A stretch of DNA of 64,000 bases from Candidatus Bathyarchaeota archaeon (GTDB lineage: Archaea; Thermoproteota; Bathyarchaeia; Bathyarchaeales; Bathycorpusculaceae). The position numbers and the translations under genes are program-made. Below the pieces are notes generated by a model, which was given only the letters and a program-made list of their open reading frames with translations, ran no database searches and had not been told where the DNA came from. Shown one piece after another: positions 39,125 to 50,030 of the stretch; the first letter of the stretch is position 1, and the number at the start of each line of letters is the position of its first letter. Where the stretch lies: the NCBI GenBank assembly GCA_963717465.1, contig OY970340.1, positions 1,376,001-1,440,000 of the forward strand. Reading direction: 5' to 3'.

Positions 39125-39898
39125 ATGAAAATTCTGGTTTGCGGAAAAGGAGGAAGCGGAAAAAGCACAATTGCAGCTTTACTCGCAAAAAACTTGCTGC
39201 TCAAAGGTTACCGGGTTTTGGTTGTGGACGCTGATGAATCAAATTATGGCTTAAGCATTCAACTTGGACTCAATGATCCACAAGAACTTGTTGATTTTGT
39301 CGGCGGAAAAAAGACTGTTCAAGCAAAGATGACGCCTGGCCGCTCTCAGGATCAAAAGCCACCGGTGTTCACTGACCAGTGGAGCATCGAACAGATACCT
39401 TCGGATTGCATTTCAAAAGAAGGCAACCTCTACTTTTTGCAGGTAGGAAAAGTGAAACATTTTCAAGAAGGATGCGCATGCCCTATCGGCGTGCTATGTA
39501 AAGACTTCTTAACTCGCCTTAAATTGACATCAAAAGATTTTGTCATAGTTGACGCTGAAGCAGGCGTAGAACATTTAAGCCGAGGCATAGCAAGCAGCAT
39601 AGACATGATCTTAGCTATCTTGGACCCATCGTATGAGTCAATCAGATTGTCAGAAAAAATTTCAGACATGGCAAAAGAAGCCCACAAGTCAATTTACTTT
39701 ATCTTAAACAAGACAGATAATGAAAGCAAGAACAAAATGATTTCCCAATTGGGCAATAGCCGAATCATCGGCACTATCACATTTAGCAAAGCCATTCAGG
39801 ACGCTGGTTTAAGCGGCAAAGCACTAGATACGACTATTGTTGATCTTAGAGAAGTAACAGAATTTATCGTTAGCCTGCAACAAAATGCTAAAGCGTAA
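39125..39898 (+). CDS. cooC: CooC-type nickel-insertion ATPase
   Basis: GKGGSGKST, VDADESN, GCACP, DAEAGVEHLSRG. Confidence 0.9.
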   Translation: MKILVCGKGGSGKSTIAALLAKNLLLKGYRVLVVDADESNYGLSIQLGLNDPQELVDFVGGKKTVQAKMTPGRSQDQKPPVFTDQWSIEQIPSDCISKEGNLYFLQVGKVKHFQEGCACPIGVLCKDFLTRLKLTSKDFVIVDAEAGVEHLSRGIASSIDMILAILDPSYESIRLSEKISDMAKEAHKSIYFILNKTDNESKNKMISQLGNSRIIGTITFSKAIQDAGLSGKALDTTIVDLREVTEFIVSLQQNAKA

Positions 39899-40026
39899 AG
39901 AACCTTTTAACTGCTCTATCATAACAATCATGCTTGTTAATTGGAAAAGATTATGTTATATTAAAGACAATGTTTTGCTTAGAAAAATATTAAATAATGT
40001 CCAAGTAAAAAAAAAAATAAGTTTTT

Positions 40027-40914
40027 ATGGGGACTATCATGAGTGAGACAATTGATAAACTTACCAAAGTTAAGCTGAACAATCTTAACAAAATCCTATA
40101 CCCAAAAGGCAATGTTACAAAAGCACAGGTGATTGAGCATTACATTCGTTCAGCTCCAAAAATACTGGGTATAATTTCTGATCGACCCTTAGTTTTAACA
40201 AGATACCCCGATGGGGTTGGCAAGGATAAGGTGAATTTTTATGAAAAAAACGCGCCAGAGGGCAAGCCATCATGGGTGAAAACAGCGAGAATCTATTCGG
40301 AGACAGCTAAACGTGAGGTAGATTACATTTTGTGTAATGATCTTGATACGCTTATTTGGTTGGCAAACCTTGCAGCGTTAGAAATTCATATGCCCTTTTC
40401 CAGGTTTAGGTCGCGTGAGTTTCCCGATTTCCTATTTTTCGATGTAGATCCTGAACCGCCGGCTTCTATGGATGAGGCGGTTATAGTTTCGCTTGCTCTA
40501 AAGGATAAACTTTTAGCCAAAGGGCTTAAACCTTACATTAAAACTTCAGGTAAAAAAGGCCTTCACGTGGTTGTTCCGATATTTCCTAAGCTTTCTTTTG
40601 AGCAGACCCGCATGTTTGTGCATGAGATTGGAATTGAGTTGGCTAAAGAAAGTCAGATAGTTGTTTCAGAGTTTAAGGATACTAAAAAACCGGGTAAGGT
40701 CTTTGTGGATTACTTGCAGAATTCTCTTGGGCGTACGATGGTTGTTCCTTATAGTTTAAGGGCTACGCCTGAAGCTTCGGTTTCGGCGCCTTTGGAGTGG
40801 AGTGAAGTCAGGAAAGGATTAAACCCTTCGGAATTCAATATTTTTAGTGTGGTTAAGCGTAAGCGTGACCCGTGGAATGGAATTTTAGATGAAAGATGTA
40901 AACTTGAGGTGTGA
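40027..40914 (+). CDS. LigD polymerase/primase domain (stand-alone)
   Basis: RYPDG, FYEKN, LANLAALEIH, FDVDP, KTSGKKGLH, VFVDYLQN, PYSLRA. Confidence 0.93.
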   Translation: MGTIMSETIDKLTKVKLNNLNKILYPKGNVTKAQVIEHYIRSAPKILGIISDRPLVLTRYPDGVGKDKVNFYEKNAPEGKPSWVKTARIYSETAKREVDYILCNDLDTLIWLANLAALEIHMPFSRFRSREFPDFLFFDVDPEPPASMDEAVIVSLALKDKLLAKGLKPYIKTSGKKGLHVVVPIFPKLSFEQTRMFVHEIGIELAKESQIVVSEFKDTKKPGKVFVDYLQNSLGRTMVVPYSLRATPEASVSAPLEWSEVRKGLNPSEFNIFSVVKRKRDPWNGILDERCKLEV

Positions 40915-40929
40915 ACCAATTTGGAGCAG

Positions 40930-41730
40930 ATGAATGAAAGTGGAAGCGCAACTATTCCCAGAAGAGCCATTTGGTCAGGAAGCGTAACTATCGGCTTAGT
41001 TAATCTTCCAATTAAATTGTACCCAATGATTTACGATAAAGGGATATCGTTTCGGTTTTTGCATAAAGTCGACGGTCAGCCGCTAAAGTATGTTAAAATG
41101 TGCACTAAAGATGAAAAGATAGTGCCTTGGAACGAGGTTACCCGAGGCTACGAAGTGGCAAAAAACGAGTACGTAACGTTTGACAATAAAGAACTTGATG
41201 CCGTTAAACCCGAGTCTGACCGAAAAATTCGGATCAGCAAGTTCGTCGATTTTTTTTCAGTTGACCCGATTTACTTCGATCGCTCCTACATTTTAATGCC
41301 CGACAAAAGCTCAGACGCCTACAGTCTGCTGTTAACAGCACTTAAGAAAAAGGGTAAAGCAGGTGCAGGCCGAATAACCTTGCGTACAAAAGAGTACCCA
41401 GCGCTTCTGCATACTTACAAGGATTCTTTAATCTTAACAACGTTGCGATATGCAAATGAAGTTGTAGACCCGCAAGGATTTGAAGACTTAAAAAAATTGA
41501 AGTCGCCAGAAAAAACCGAGTTAGATTTAGCCGTAAAAATCGTTACAGATCTATCTGGAGAATTTGACATCACCGAATTTGAAGACAACTATAAACGAAA
41601 AATTGAGGAACTAATAGAAAAGAAGCTTAAAGGCGAAAAAATTAAGGTTGAAAAACCAGTTACTGAAGAAGCTAAGGGTCTTATGGTTGCTCTTCGAGAA
41701 ACCCTTAAACAGTTGGAAAAGCAGAAATGA
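40930..41730 (+). CDS. ku: Ku protein (NHEJ)
   Basis: RAIWSGSVTIGLVNLPIKLY, RGYE, VDPIYFDRSY, FEDNY, LMVALRETL. Confidence 0.95.
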   Translation: MNESGSATIPRRAIWSGSVTIGLVNLPIKLYPMIYDKGISFRFLHKVDGQPLKYVKMCTKDEKIVPWNEVTRGYEVAKNEYVTFDNKELDAVKPESDRKIRISKFVDFFSVDPIYFDRSYILMPDKSSDAYSLLLTALKKKGKAGAGRITLRTKEYPALLHTYKDSLILTTLRYANEVVDPQGFEDLKKLKSPEKTELDLAVKIVTDLSGEFDITEFEDNYKRKIEELIEKKLKGEKIKVEKPVTEEAKGLMVALRETLKQLEKQK

Positions 41731-43125
41731 ACCAGCGCATCTACAAGCCTATGCTTAGCAAAAGTTACCCCTGAACCCTTTTCAGATGCAGACTGGTTTT
41801 TCGAGGTGAAATGGGACGGATTCAGAGCAATAGCCTATATAAACGGTCAACTCAGTGTAAAAAGCCGAAACCAGAAAGAATTATTGCAGAATTTTCCAGA
41901 ATTAACCGAGCTAAAACGCTTATGCAGCAACGTGGTTCTTGACGGAGAAATCATCGTTATGCAAAAAGGAAAGCCTGACTTTCAAGCTTTACTTGAGCGT
42001 GGACAAGCCGCTTCTCCGCTTGAAATTCAACGACAAACTAAACGAGCATCAGCGACATACATCGTTTTTGACATTTTGGAGAAAGATGCACGGTCGCTTG
42101 TTGATTTGCCGTTGGTTGAACGGAAAAAAATTTTGCAGAATTCTCTTCGGGAAGGTGCAAATGTTCTAGTCTCCGATTTCATAGAAGAAAAAGGTGAAGC
42201 GTACTACCAGTCAGTAATCGATAAAGGATTAGAAGGCTTGATTGCTAAAAGAAAAGATAGTTCATATGAAGAGGGTCGCAGGAGTGGAAATTGGTTGAAG
42301 ATTAAAAGGCTCAAAAGTTGTGATTGCATAATCTTCGGTTACACAAAAGGTTCCAAGAATAGGGCATCAACTTTTGGAGCATTACTACTTGGATTACTCG
42401 ATAAAGAAGGCAAGCCAGTTTACGTTGGTAAAGTCGGGACAGGATTCACTCAAAAGACGCTTCAAAATTTATCCAGTAAATTTGAAGTTTTAGCGACTGA
42501 TGCTGCCCCTTTTACTCCTGAAGCAAGTGACGAAGTTGTCTGGTTAAAACCAGAGTTGGTTTGTGAAGTAATATACCAATCATTAACGCGGGATACTAGG
42601 CTTCGGATGGCGCGTTTTCAACGTTTAAGAACTGATAAAACACCGCAAGAATGCACCATTGACCAGATTGCTGAAGAAAAGCTTTCAGAATACAGTGCGA
42701 AACGCGATTTTAAAGCAACTCCCGAACCCACAGGAAGCGAAAAGAAAAGCAAAGGACTGATTTTTGTTGTTCAAGAGCACAATGCTCGAAGACTTCATTT
42801 TGACTTCAGATTAGAAAACAGTGGAGTTTTAAAAAGCTGGGCAGTTCCAAAAGGAATTCCAGAAAATTCTGGGGAAAAACGGCTCGCAGTGGAAACTGAG
42901 GATCATCCGCTTGATTATGCTAATTTTGAAGGCTCAATTCCTGAGGGTCATTATGGAGCGGGCACTGTAAAGATTTGGGACAAGGGTGAATACGAGCCTA
43001 AATTTTGGAGCGACCAAAAAATAGAATTTACACTTAAAGGCGAACGGTTGAGAGGGTCTTTTGCTTTAGTTAGGCTAAAGAAGGCTGGAGAGAAAAGCTG
43101 GCTTCTGCTTAAGGGACGCGACTAA
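41727..43125 (+). CDS. ligD: LigD ATP-dependent ligase fused to a C-terminal phosphoesterase domain; apparent +1 frameshift near 41755
   Basis: MNQRIYKPML (ATGA overlap with ku) shifts to AKVTPEPF...FEVKWDG; LDGE, FDIL, EGLIAK, WLKIK; PE domain FVVQEHNARRLHFDFRLE...SWAVPKG. Confidence 0.9.
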
Positions 43126-43911
43126 ATGCGAGAGTTTCATTTTGGAACTTTAGGTTGGAGCTACAATTTCTGGAAAGGCAACTTTTATCCGAAAAAACTT
43201 TCTTCAAGAATGTTTCTGTCATACTACTCTAAAATTTTCAATTCAGTAGAAATCGAAGGCACCTTCTATCGCATCCCACGAGAGGAAAGCGTGTTAAGCT
43301 GGAAAGAGCAAACGCCTGAGGATTTCGTTTTCTCAATAAAGTTTCCGCAAATAATAACTCACATAAAAATGTTCAAAGATTGCGAGGAAGAAACAAGCGT
43401 TTTTCTTGAGAGAGTTAAGCTTTTAGGTAGAAAGCTATGTTGTCTGCTGATCCAACTGCCGCCTACCTTCAAAAAAGAACACTTCAATTTTTTACATGGT
43501 TTTCTGAAAAGCCTTCCCAGAGAAATTCGCTATGTAGTCGAAGTCAGAAATAAAAACTTGCTAAATAATGACTTGTACTCTTTGCTTAAACGCTATAACG
43601 TAGTTTTGGCTTGGGTGGATAATCCCATGGTATCCACAATTAGTGAAGTTACTTCTGATTTTATCTATGTGCGTTGGGAGGGAGACCGAAAAAAGGTTAA
43701 CGGCATGTTGGGCACAGTGGAAGTTAACCGGGAGAATGACATAAAGTTGTGGGCTGATAAAATTAAGCTGTTGTTGGAGACTCATGTGGTTTTCGGTTAC
43801 TTTTCAAAGTATTATTCCGGCTATCCCGTAGCGGATGTCCATTGCCTGTTGAATTTTTTGGGAATAAAAAATGTTGCCAATAGCAATTTGTTTAGTCAAA
43901 CTCAATTTTAA
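43126..43911 (+). CDS. DUF72 (YecE family) protein
   Basis: GTLGWSY..WKG.FYP, FNSVEIEGTFY, QLPP, YVR. Confidence 0.9.
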   Translation: MREFHFGTLGWSYNFWKGNFYPKKLSSRMFLSYYSKIFNSVEIEGTFYRIPREESVLSWKEQTPEDFVFSIKFPQIITHIKMFKDCEEETSVFLERVKLLGRKLCCLLIQLPPTFKKEHFNFLHGFLKSLPREIRYVVEVRNKNLLNNDLYSLLKRYNVVLAWVDNPMVSTISEVTSDFIYVRWEGDRKKVNGMLGTVEVNRENDIKLWADKIKLLLETHVVFGYFSKYYSGYPVADVHCLLNFLGIKNVANSNLFSQTQF

Positions 43912-44244
43912 ATTCTGGTTTGTTCCTTTTGGATAATGTGATGCTGAGTGTTGAAGTGTTTTCTGAAATTAGGCTATTTGTATGCCCTTCTTATCAATAT
44001 CATCCCAGAATAACATGCCCATAGTTATTTGCGGCCTTTTACGATTGTTTGATTTTGCCTCCTATTTATAAATTTTTCATCATGGGTAAACATATTTTTT
44101 AATGAAAAAAGTTTAATTACCTTGAAAAAAGAATATAATGAATATATCCGGAGTGTATTTGGCATAAAGCTTTTTAATCATACATGGCGTAATATTGGTT
44201 TCATAAAAATATGGATTAACAATTCAGAGGTTTAATAAACAGCA

Positions 44245-44625
44245 ATGACGAATTCATATCAAGAAGATACCTCCAGTTCCCTGGAGAGAGATAATTTGAT
44301 AAAGTTACGGCTGAGGGCAATGCGCGCCGGCGTCTGGTTTAGACGCCTGTCGAGAATAGATCGCGCTCTAGTAGATTTGACGATAAGGGTTGCAAAGGAT
44401 AGAATTTATGGCGTTTCATTGGTTCATCGCCTTTTAACTGTTGCATCCAAGCTTGAGGGTCTTTTTGAAAGCAAACTTTCCGTTATGGCAAGGCAAGTGG
44501 GTATGCCACTGGCAAGCAAACTCAGTTGTTTGGCAATGAAATGGGGTAATGTTGCGGCAAAGTTTTGGATTGACAATTCCAAGTTTGCCCGATATCTAGC
44601 GGTCGTGGAGTTGAATGCTTATTAG
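44245..44625 (+). CDS. Conserved archaeal basic hypothetical protein (copy 1)
   Basis: LRLRAMRAGVWFRRLSRIDR...KWGN..A..W; paralog at 62883. Confidence 0.8.
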   Translation: MTNSYQEDTSSSLERDNLIKLRLRAMRAGVWFRRLSRIDRALVDLTIRVAKDRIYGVSLVHRLLTVASKLEGLFESKLSVMARQVGMPLASKLSCLAMKWGNVAAKFWIDNSKFARYLAVVELNAY

Positions 44626-44706
44626 CCAAATCTTTGTATCGAGTTTTATTCAACTTGTTAGTTTTCTAAATTGCCCAATTAAAAATGACCATGAGGCGGC
44701 TTTTTA

Positions 44707-45417
44707 ATGGGTCAAGTTGCTTTATCCTTTGTCATTCCAGCTTACAATGAAGAAGATTTCATTGAAGATTCACTGGGCGAATTAGATTCGATTATTAAGA
44801 GTGAGAATTTACCGTATGAGATAGTTGTAGTTAACGATGGCAGTCATGATAAAACCCTATTAAACGCTCTCAGTTATGCAAAGAGAAATGAACATGTCAA
44901 AGTCGTAACGTATTCAGAAAATATGGGCAAAGGATATGCTGTTAAAACTGGCTTTAAGCAGGCCAGTGGTGATGTTGTAATCTTCGTTGATAGTGATATG
45001 GAGGTCGATTTAAAAAACATTTCAACATACATTGACGCTTTGAAATATGGTGATATTGCTATCGCTTCTAAAACTCATCCTGATTCTCAAGTAGATGTTC
45101 CTTTCTCTCGCAAGATTCTGAGTTTTTGTTTTAATACTTTGGTTCGCTTCCTAACCGGAGTGCCTCTTAAAGACACCCAATCTGGACTCAAAGCAATGAA
45201 GAAAAGCGCGTTTGAAGACATTTTTCCCAAATTGATTGTAAAGCGATATGCTTTCGACGTGGAATTGTTGGCAGTGGCAAATCTCTACAAATTACAAATT
45301 GTTGAAATGCCTGTAAAGATTAAGCTCGATTCATCCTTCAAGATGAATCAAATACGTTTAATGCTTATAGACTTGTTCAAGATAGCCTATAGGCTTAGAG
45401 TTACCCACGCTTATTAA
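44707..45417 (+). CDS. GT2 glycosyltransferase (dolichyl-phosphate hexosyltransferase-like)
   Basis: VIPAYNEE, VNDGSHD, NMGKG, DSD, DTQSGLK, FDVE. Confidence 0.9.
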   Translation: MGQVALSFVIPAYNEEDFIEDSLGELDSIIKSENLPYEIVVVNDGSHDKTLLNALSYAKRNEHVKVVTYSENMGKGYAVKTGFKQASGDVVIFVDSDMEVDLKNISTYIDALKYGDIAIASKTHPDSQVDVPFSRKILSFCFNTLVRFLTGVPLKDTQSGLKAMKKSAFEDIFPKLIVKRYAFDVELLAVANLYKLQIVEMPVKIKLDSSFKMNQIRLMLIDLFKIAYRLRVTHAY

Positions 45418-45472
45418 CGCCAGAATTCAAATAAAGACAGATTCGAAAAAGCGCTCTCGTCTGTTATATCGT

Positions 45473-46441
45473 ATGGATGGTTTAATGTCATCGAAACCCT
45501 CTGTTTCTATAGTAATTCCCTGCAAAAATATTGATGCCTACACCAAAGAATGTATTGACCAGTGCAAACGCCTAAATTATTCAAACTTTGAAATTATACT
45601 GCTCCCTGATATTGAAAATGAAAAAATTGACGACATTAAGACTATCGTTACTGGTTCAGTTTCTCCAGGAGCCAAAAGAAATATAGGCGTCAAGAATTCA
45701 ACGGCTGAATTCTGTGCATTCATAGACAATGACGCTTATCCTCGAAGCGACTGGTTGACTAATGCTTTAAAGTATTTCAAGGACCCACTTATTGGCGCTG
45801 TTGGTGGTCCGGGGTTAACGCCTGAAAGTGATGATTTCATGCAAAAAGCAGGAGGGTACGTTTTATCGTCTTTCATGGTTGGTAGCCTATCAAATAGGTA
45901 CAAAACTGAAAACTGTTATGAGTCAGATGATGTACATTCATGCAACTTTATAGCTAGAAAAAATGTAATTGAAGAAGCTGGCGGCTGGAGTGAAAAATAC
46001 TGGCCTGGCGAAGACACCTTAATGTGTCTGGCAATCAAAAAATCAGGTAAAAAGCTCCTAGACGCTTCTGACGTCATAGTGTTTCACCATCGTCGTACTC
46101 TTTTTAGTCAACATTCAAAGCAAGTTTCACGGTTTGGAGAACATAGAGGTTTTTTCGTCAAAAAATTTCCTGAAAATTCATTTAAGCTAACTTATTTTTT
46201 TCCATCTATACTACTTATTGCACTTGCTGTTGGAATAGTCCTTTCGTTGATTGTTCCCTTTTTTATTTATGTTTTCTTAATCGGTCTATCGATTTATCTT
46301 ATCTCGAGTTTAGTTGCTGCGGGTTTGCAGACAAAAAACATTAAGTTATTGTTTACAGTTTGGTCTGGTATCATTGTAACCCATTTAGTTTATGGATTTT
46401 ATTTTCTATCTGGTTTGGCGAAGGGTAATTTAAAAAGATGA
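45473..46441 (+). CDS. GT2 glycosyltransferase with C-terminal TM helices
   Basis: VSIVIP, AKRNIG, FIDNDA, GEDT, HHRR. Confidence 0.9.
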   Translation: MDGLMSSKPSVSIVIPCKNIDAYTKECIDQCKRLNYSNFEIILLPDIENEKIDDIKTIVTGSVSPGAKRNIGVKNSTAEFCAFIDNDAYPRSDWLTNALKYFKDPLIGAVGGPGLTPESDDFMQKAGGYVLSSFMVGSLSNRYKTENCYESDDVHSCNFIARKNVIEEAGGWSEKYWPGEDTLMCLAIKKSGKKLLDASDVIVFHHRRTLFSQHSKQVSRFGEHRGFFVKKFPENSFKLTYFFPSILLIALAVGIVLSLIVPFFIYVFLIGLSIYLISSLVAAGLQTKNIKLLFTVWSGIIVTHLVYGFYFLSGLAKGNLKR

Positions 46442-47910
46442 AGATCAACATATCTTATCCTCCTATTCATTCGGGAAAAGGTGTGCCTTTACTTAGCCAG
46501 AATAGACAGTTCCAGTATTTTCAATCACCCACATACATTTATCCTGTCGTTCCCGCATATGCAGCGACTTTGCTACATAACGCAGGTTTTGAAGTGCTCT
46601 GGGACGATGGCATAGCAGAAGAAAAGACCCTCAATCGCTGGTTAAGTGACCTTGAACGAGCTAATCCAGATGTAATCATGATTGAAACGAAGACACCCGT
46701 TGTGAAAAAACACTGGTCTATAATTAATGATGTAAAGAAAATTCTGCCTTCTTCAAAAGTGGTTCTTGTGGGAGATCACGTTACTGCGTTGCCTCAGGAA
46801 TCAATGGAGCAAAGTAATGTTGATTTTATCCTCACAGGCGGTGACTATGACTTTCTAATGCTAAACTTAGTTAACTACCTGAGCGACAAGGTCAAACAGC
46901 TTGAATCAGGCGTTTGGTTCAGGGAAGATGAAACCGTAAAGAACACTGGTCCTTTCCGGTTAAATCATAGTCTAGATGATTTACCACCTATTAACCGTGA
47001 CTTAACAAGATGGGACCTTTATAATGAAAAAAACGGTAACTTCAAAGCTATTCCAGGCGCCTACACGATGGCAGGTCGGGATTGTTGGTGGCGAAAAGAC
47101 GGCGGCTGCACTTTTTGCTCATGGCCAACTTTATATCCGACCTTCAGAGCGATGAAACCTGAGAAATTGGCAGACGAAATTGGATTATTAATTGACAATT
47201 ATAAAGTTAAAACAGTTTTTGATGACACTGGATGTTTTCCAGCTGGAGAATGGCTGAGGAAATTTTCGAATTTGATGATCGAACGCGGATATAATAAGCG
47301 CGTAGAATTTAGCTGCAACATGCGCTTCGGAGCGTTAAAACAAGAAGATTATCACCTGATGAGGAAAGCCGGTTTTAAGATGCTTCTTTTCGGCATAGAA
47401 TCTGGCAGTCAGGTCACACTTGATCGGCTAAATAAAGGAACAAACATAAATTCAATCATAAACGAGTGCAAATTACCCGCAACGGAAGGATTAGAGCCAC
47501 ACATAACGATTATGGTGGGTTACCCTTGGGAAACGCGTCAAGAAGCTCTAAGTACTGTAAATGTGGCTAAAACCCTGATGCAGAAAGGCTGGGCCATCAC
47601 ACTTCAATCCACTGTTGTTATTCCTTATCCAGGAAGTAAATTGTACGCTGAAGCCCTAAGGAACGGCTGGTTCCGAGTTGATCCGAAGGATTATGAACGT
47701 TTTGATATGAAAGAACCTGTCATGACTGCTCCTGATATGACTCCTGAGGAAGTAATGAAAATTTGCGATGAAATATACAAGGTATTCCTAACACCACGCT
47801 ATATGTTTAAGCAGCTACTTCGAATACGCTCTCTAAGAGACCTAAAATATTCTTTAAAAGGCGCTAGCAAAGTTTTGGGGCACCTAAAAGACTTTGACAA
47901 AAAGGAGTAA
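46438..47910 (+). CDS. B12-binding radical SAM protein
   Basis: GRDCWWRKDGGCTFC, FDDTG, FGIESG, MVGYPWE, PYPGS. Confidence 0.9.
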   Translation: MKINISYPPIHSGKGVPLLSQNRQFQYFQSPTYIYPVVPAYAATLLHNAGFEVLWDDGIAEEKTLNRWLSDLERANPDVIMIETKTPVVKKHWSIINDVKKILPSSKVVLVGDHVTALPQESMEQSNVDFILTGGDYDFLMLNLVNYLSDKVKQLESGVWFREDETVKNTGPFRLNHSLDDLPPINRDLTRWDLYNEKNGNFKAIPGAYTMAGRDCWWRKDGGCTFCSWPTLYPTFRAMKPEKLADEIGLLIDNYKVKTVFDDTGCFPAGEWLRKFSNLMIERGYNKRVEFSCNMRFGALKQEDYHLMRKAGFKMLLFGIESGSQVTLDRLNKGTNINSIINECKLPATEGLEPHITIMVGYPWETRQEALSTVNVAKTLMQKGWAITLQSTVVIPYPGSKLYAEALRNGWFRVDPKDYERFDMKEPVMTAPDMTPEEVMKICDEIYKVFLTPRYMFKQLLRIRSLRDLKYSLKGASKVLGHLKDFDKKE

Positions 47911-48748
47911 CCTGGCATCCAATATTCTTTCTGTCGAAGCAACAAAGCCACTCGTTTCTGTTGTCGTCACAACTAAGAATGAAGCAGAAAACATTGGAAA
48001 CTGTCTGCGATCAATAAAAAGTCAAACTTTTAAAAATATTGAACTAATTGTCATTGACAATTTCTCAGAGGATAAAACAGTTGAAATTGCAAAGGATTAT
48101 GGCGCAAACGTTTATTCCAAAGGAAATGAGCGTTCTGTCCAAAGAAACTATGGAGCTAATGTTGCTCATGGCAAATACTTGATTTATCTTGATGCAGATA
48201 TGATTTTAAGTCCAACTGTAATAGAGGAATGTGTAAAAACTTGTGAGGGCGACAATTATGTTGCTTTGCATATTCCTGAACGCATAGTTGGCAGTGGCTT
48301 CTGGATTAGAGTTCGAGATTTTGAACGAAGCTTTTACAACGGAACTGTAATAGACGCAGTGAGGTTCATTCGAAGAGACTTGTTCCTTCAAATAGAAGGG
48401 TTTGATGAAGATCTTATTGGTCCTGAAGATTGGGATCTTGACCGCAAGATAAGAAACATCGGTCGGACTGGAATTATTAGTGCTTGCCTTTTTCATAATG
48501 AGAGAAAATTTGATACCCAGAATTATCTAAGAAAAAAAATCTACTATACGGCCAGCATGAAAAAATACATTGCAAAATGGGGTCATAATGATGAAGAAAT
48601 AAAAAAACAGTTAGGCCTCTCGTACCGGCTTTTTGGAGTTTTCATTGAACAAAACAAATGGAAAAAATTAACAAGAAATCTTCCTTATGCTCTTGCAATG
48701 TACTGGTTAAGGTTTAGAGTCGCGCTTTCTTACTATAAAAATAAGTAA
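47894..48748 (+). CDS. GT2 glycosyltransferase
   Basis: VSVVVTTKNE, IDNFSED, YLDADM, GFDE...PEDWD. Confidence 0.9.
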   Translation: MTKRSNLASNILSVEATKPLVSVVVTTKNEAENIGNCLRSIKSQTFKNIELIVIDNFSEDKTVEIAKDYGANVYSKGNERSVQRNYGANVAHGKYLIYLDADMILSPTVIEECVKTCEGDNYVALHIPERIVGSGFWIRVRDFERSFYNGTVIDAVRFIRRDLFLQIEGFDEDLIGPEDWDLDRKIRNIGRTGIISACLFHNERKFDTQNYLRKKIYYTASMKKYIAKWGHNDEEIKKQLGLSYRLFGVFIEQNKWKKLTRNLPYALAMYWLRFRVALSYYKNK

Positions 48749-48827
48749 TAATAGATAAATAAAAATTTGAAATATTTGCTTAGTTCAAAGGATGCACTGA
48801 ATAAAGACGCTTAGTCTTGGTACTAAA

Positions 48828-49967
48828 ATGAAAATTATTGCATTTTTAAATTCTTATACTGAGGGGCTAAGCGGAGGAGACCTGCGATTTATCGAGATTA
48901 TGAAAAGGTTGACGCAGAACGAAGATGTAAAATTAACAATAGTAACGTCAAAACTGGGAAAAAGTCTTTGTAAACTCAGAGGGTTAAATCAATCTTTCGT
49001 GGAAACAACTCAAGAGAATACAACTGGAAATATCTTATCACTTTATGCCAGACGAATTTTCTCTAGCTTATCTATTAAATTAGATTTTTACGGGAGTGTT
49101 TTTTATTCCACATCTGATTTTCTTCCAGATGTATTGCCTGCTTACAGAGCAAAATCTGGAAGTGACATCAAATGGGTTCAGGTAATTCATCATCTGTATG
49201 ATAAACCTTTTTCGAGATTAGGCGAGAACTTTTTTATAAATTTTTTAGGCTTTTTTTCTCAACGATTCAGTTTAATTCTAATTAAAAGAAGAGCAGATTT
49301 AGTTATTGTCGTTAATCCTATCACAAAATTGCAATTGATGAGAATAGGATTTCGCGAAAATAAGATTTCCGTAAATTATAATGGTGTTGATGCTAAAAAG
49401 TTTCATTGCTTTGAAACTTCAATAAAAAAGTATGCAGCTGTTTTTCTTGGAAGACTAAGCGTTTCTAAAGGAATTTTCGATTTAATAGACGTTTGGAAAA
49501 GGGTTACTAAGGAAAAACCTGGTGAAGTTCTTGCAATAATTGGCCGTGGCAATGACCATGTTGAAAAAAGATTAAGAGACTTAATAAAAAATAATAACTT
49601 AGAAAATAACATCAATATTCTTGGCCCCCTGCAGGATCCAGATACAATTTCAATAATGAATAGCAGCAAACTTTTCCTCTTTCCAAGCCACGAGGAAGGT
49701 TTCGGTATTGCAGTTTTGGAAGCAATGGCATGTGGTTTGCCCGTAGTGGCTTGGAATTTATCTGTCTACAAAAACGTATTTTGTCAAGGCATGATTACTA
49801 TTCCAGTGGGAGACTTTGAACGGATGGCAAATGCAGTTTTAGAATTATTGAATAATCCTGAACTAAGAAGCAATATTAGTAAATACTCTCAAATTCTTGC
49901 TTCAAAATATGATTGGAATGATATTGCAAGAAAAGAAAAGTTACTAATAGAAGTTCTTCAAAAATAA
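48828..49967 (+). CDS. GT4 glycosyltransferase
   Basis: NGVD, GRL...KG, PSHEEGFGIAVLEAMACGLPVV. Confidence 0.93.
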   Translation: MKIIAFLNSYTEGLSGGDLRFIEIMKRLTQNEDVKLTIVTSKLGKSLCKLRGLNQSFVETTQENTTGNILSLYARRIFSSLSIKLDFYGSVFYSTSDFLPDVLPAYRAKSGSDIKWVQVIHHLYDKPFSRLGENFFINFLGFFSQRFSLILIKRRADLVIVVNPITKLQLMRIGFRENKISVNYNGVDAKKFHCFETSIKKYAAVFLGRLSVSKGIFDLIDVWKRVTKEKPGEVLAIIGRGNDHVEKRLRDLIKNNNLENNINILGPLQDPDTISIMNSSKLFLFPSHEEGFGIAVLEAMACGLPVVAWNLSVYKNVFCQGMITIPVGDFERMANAVLELLNNPELRSNISKYSQILASKYDWNDIARKEKLLIEVLQK

Positions 49968-50030
49968 AACATCCGTTATAAGCGTTCACCTTAAGAGCAA
50001 AACTATTACTGAGAAAACTGGGTTAGAAAA

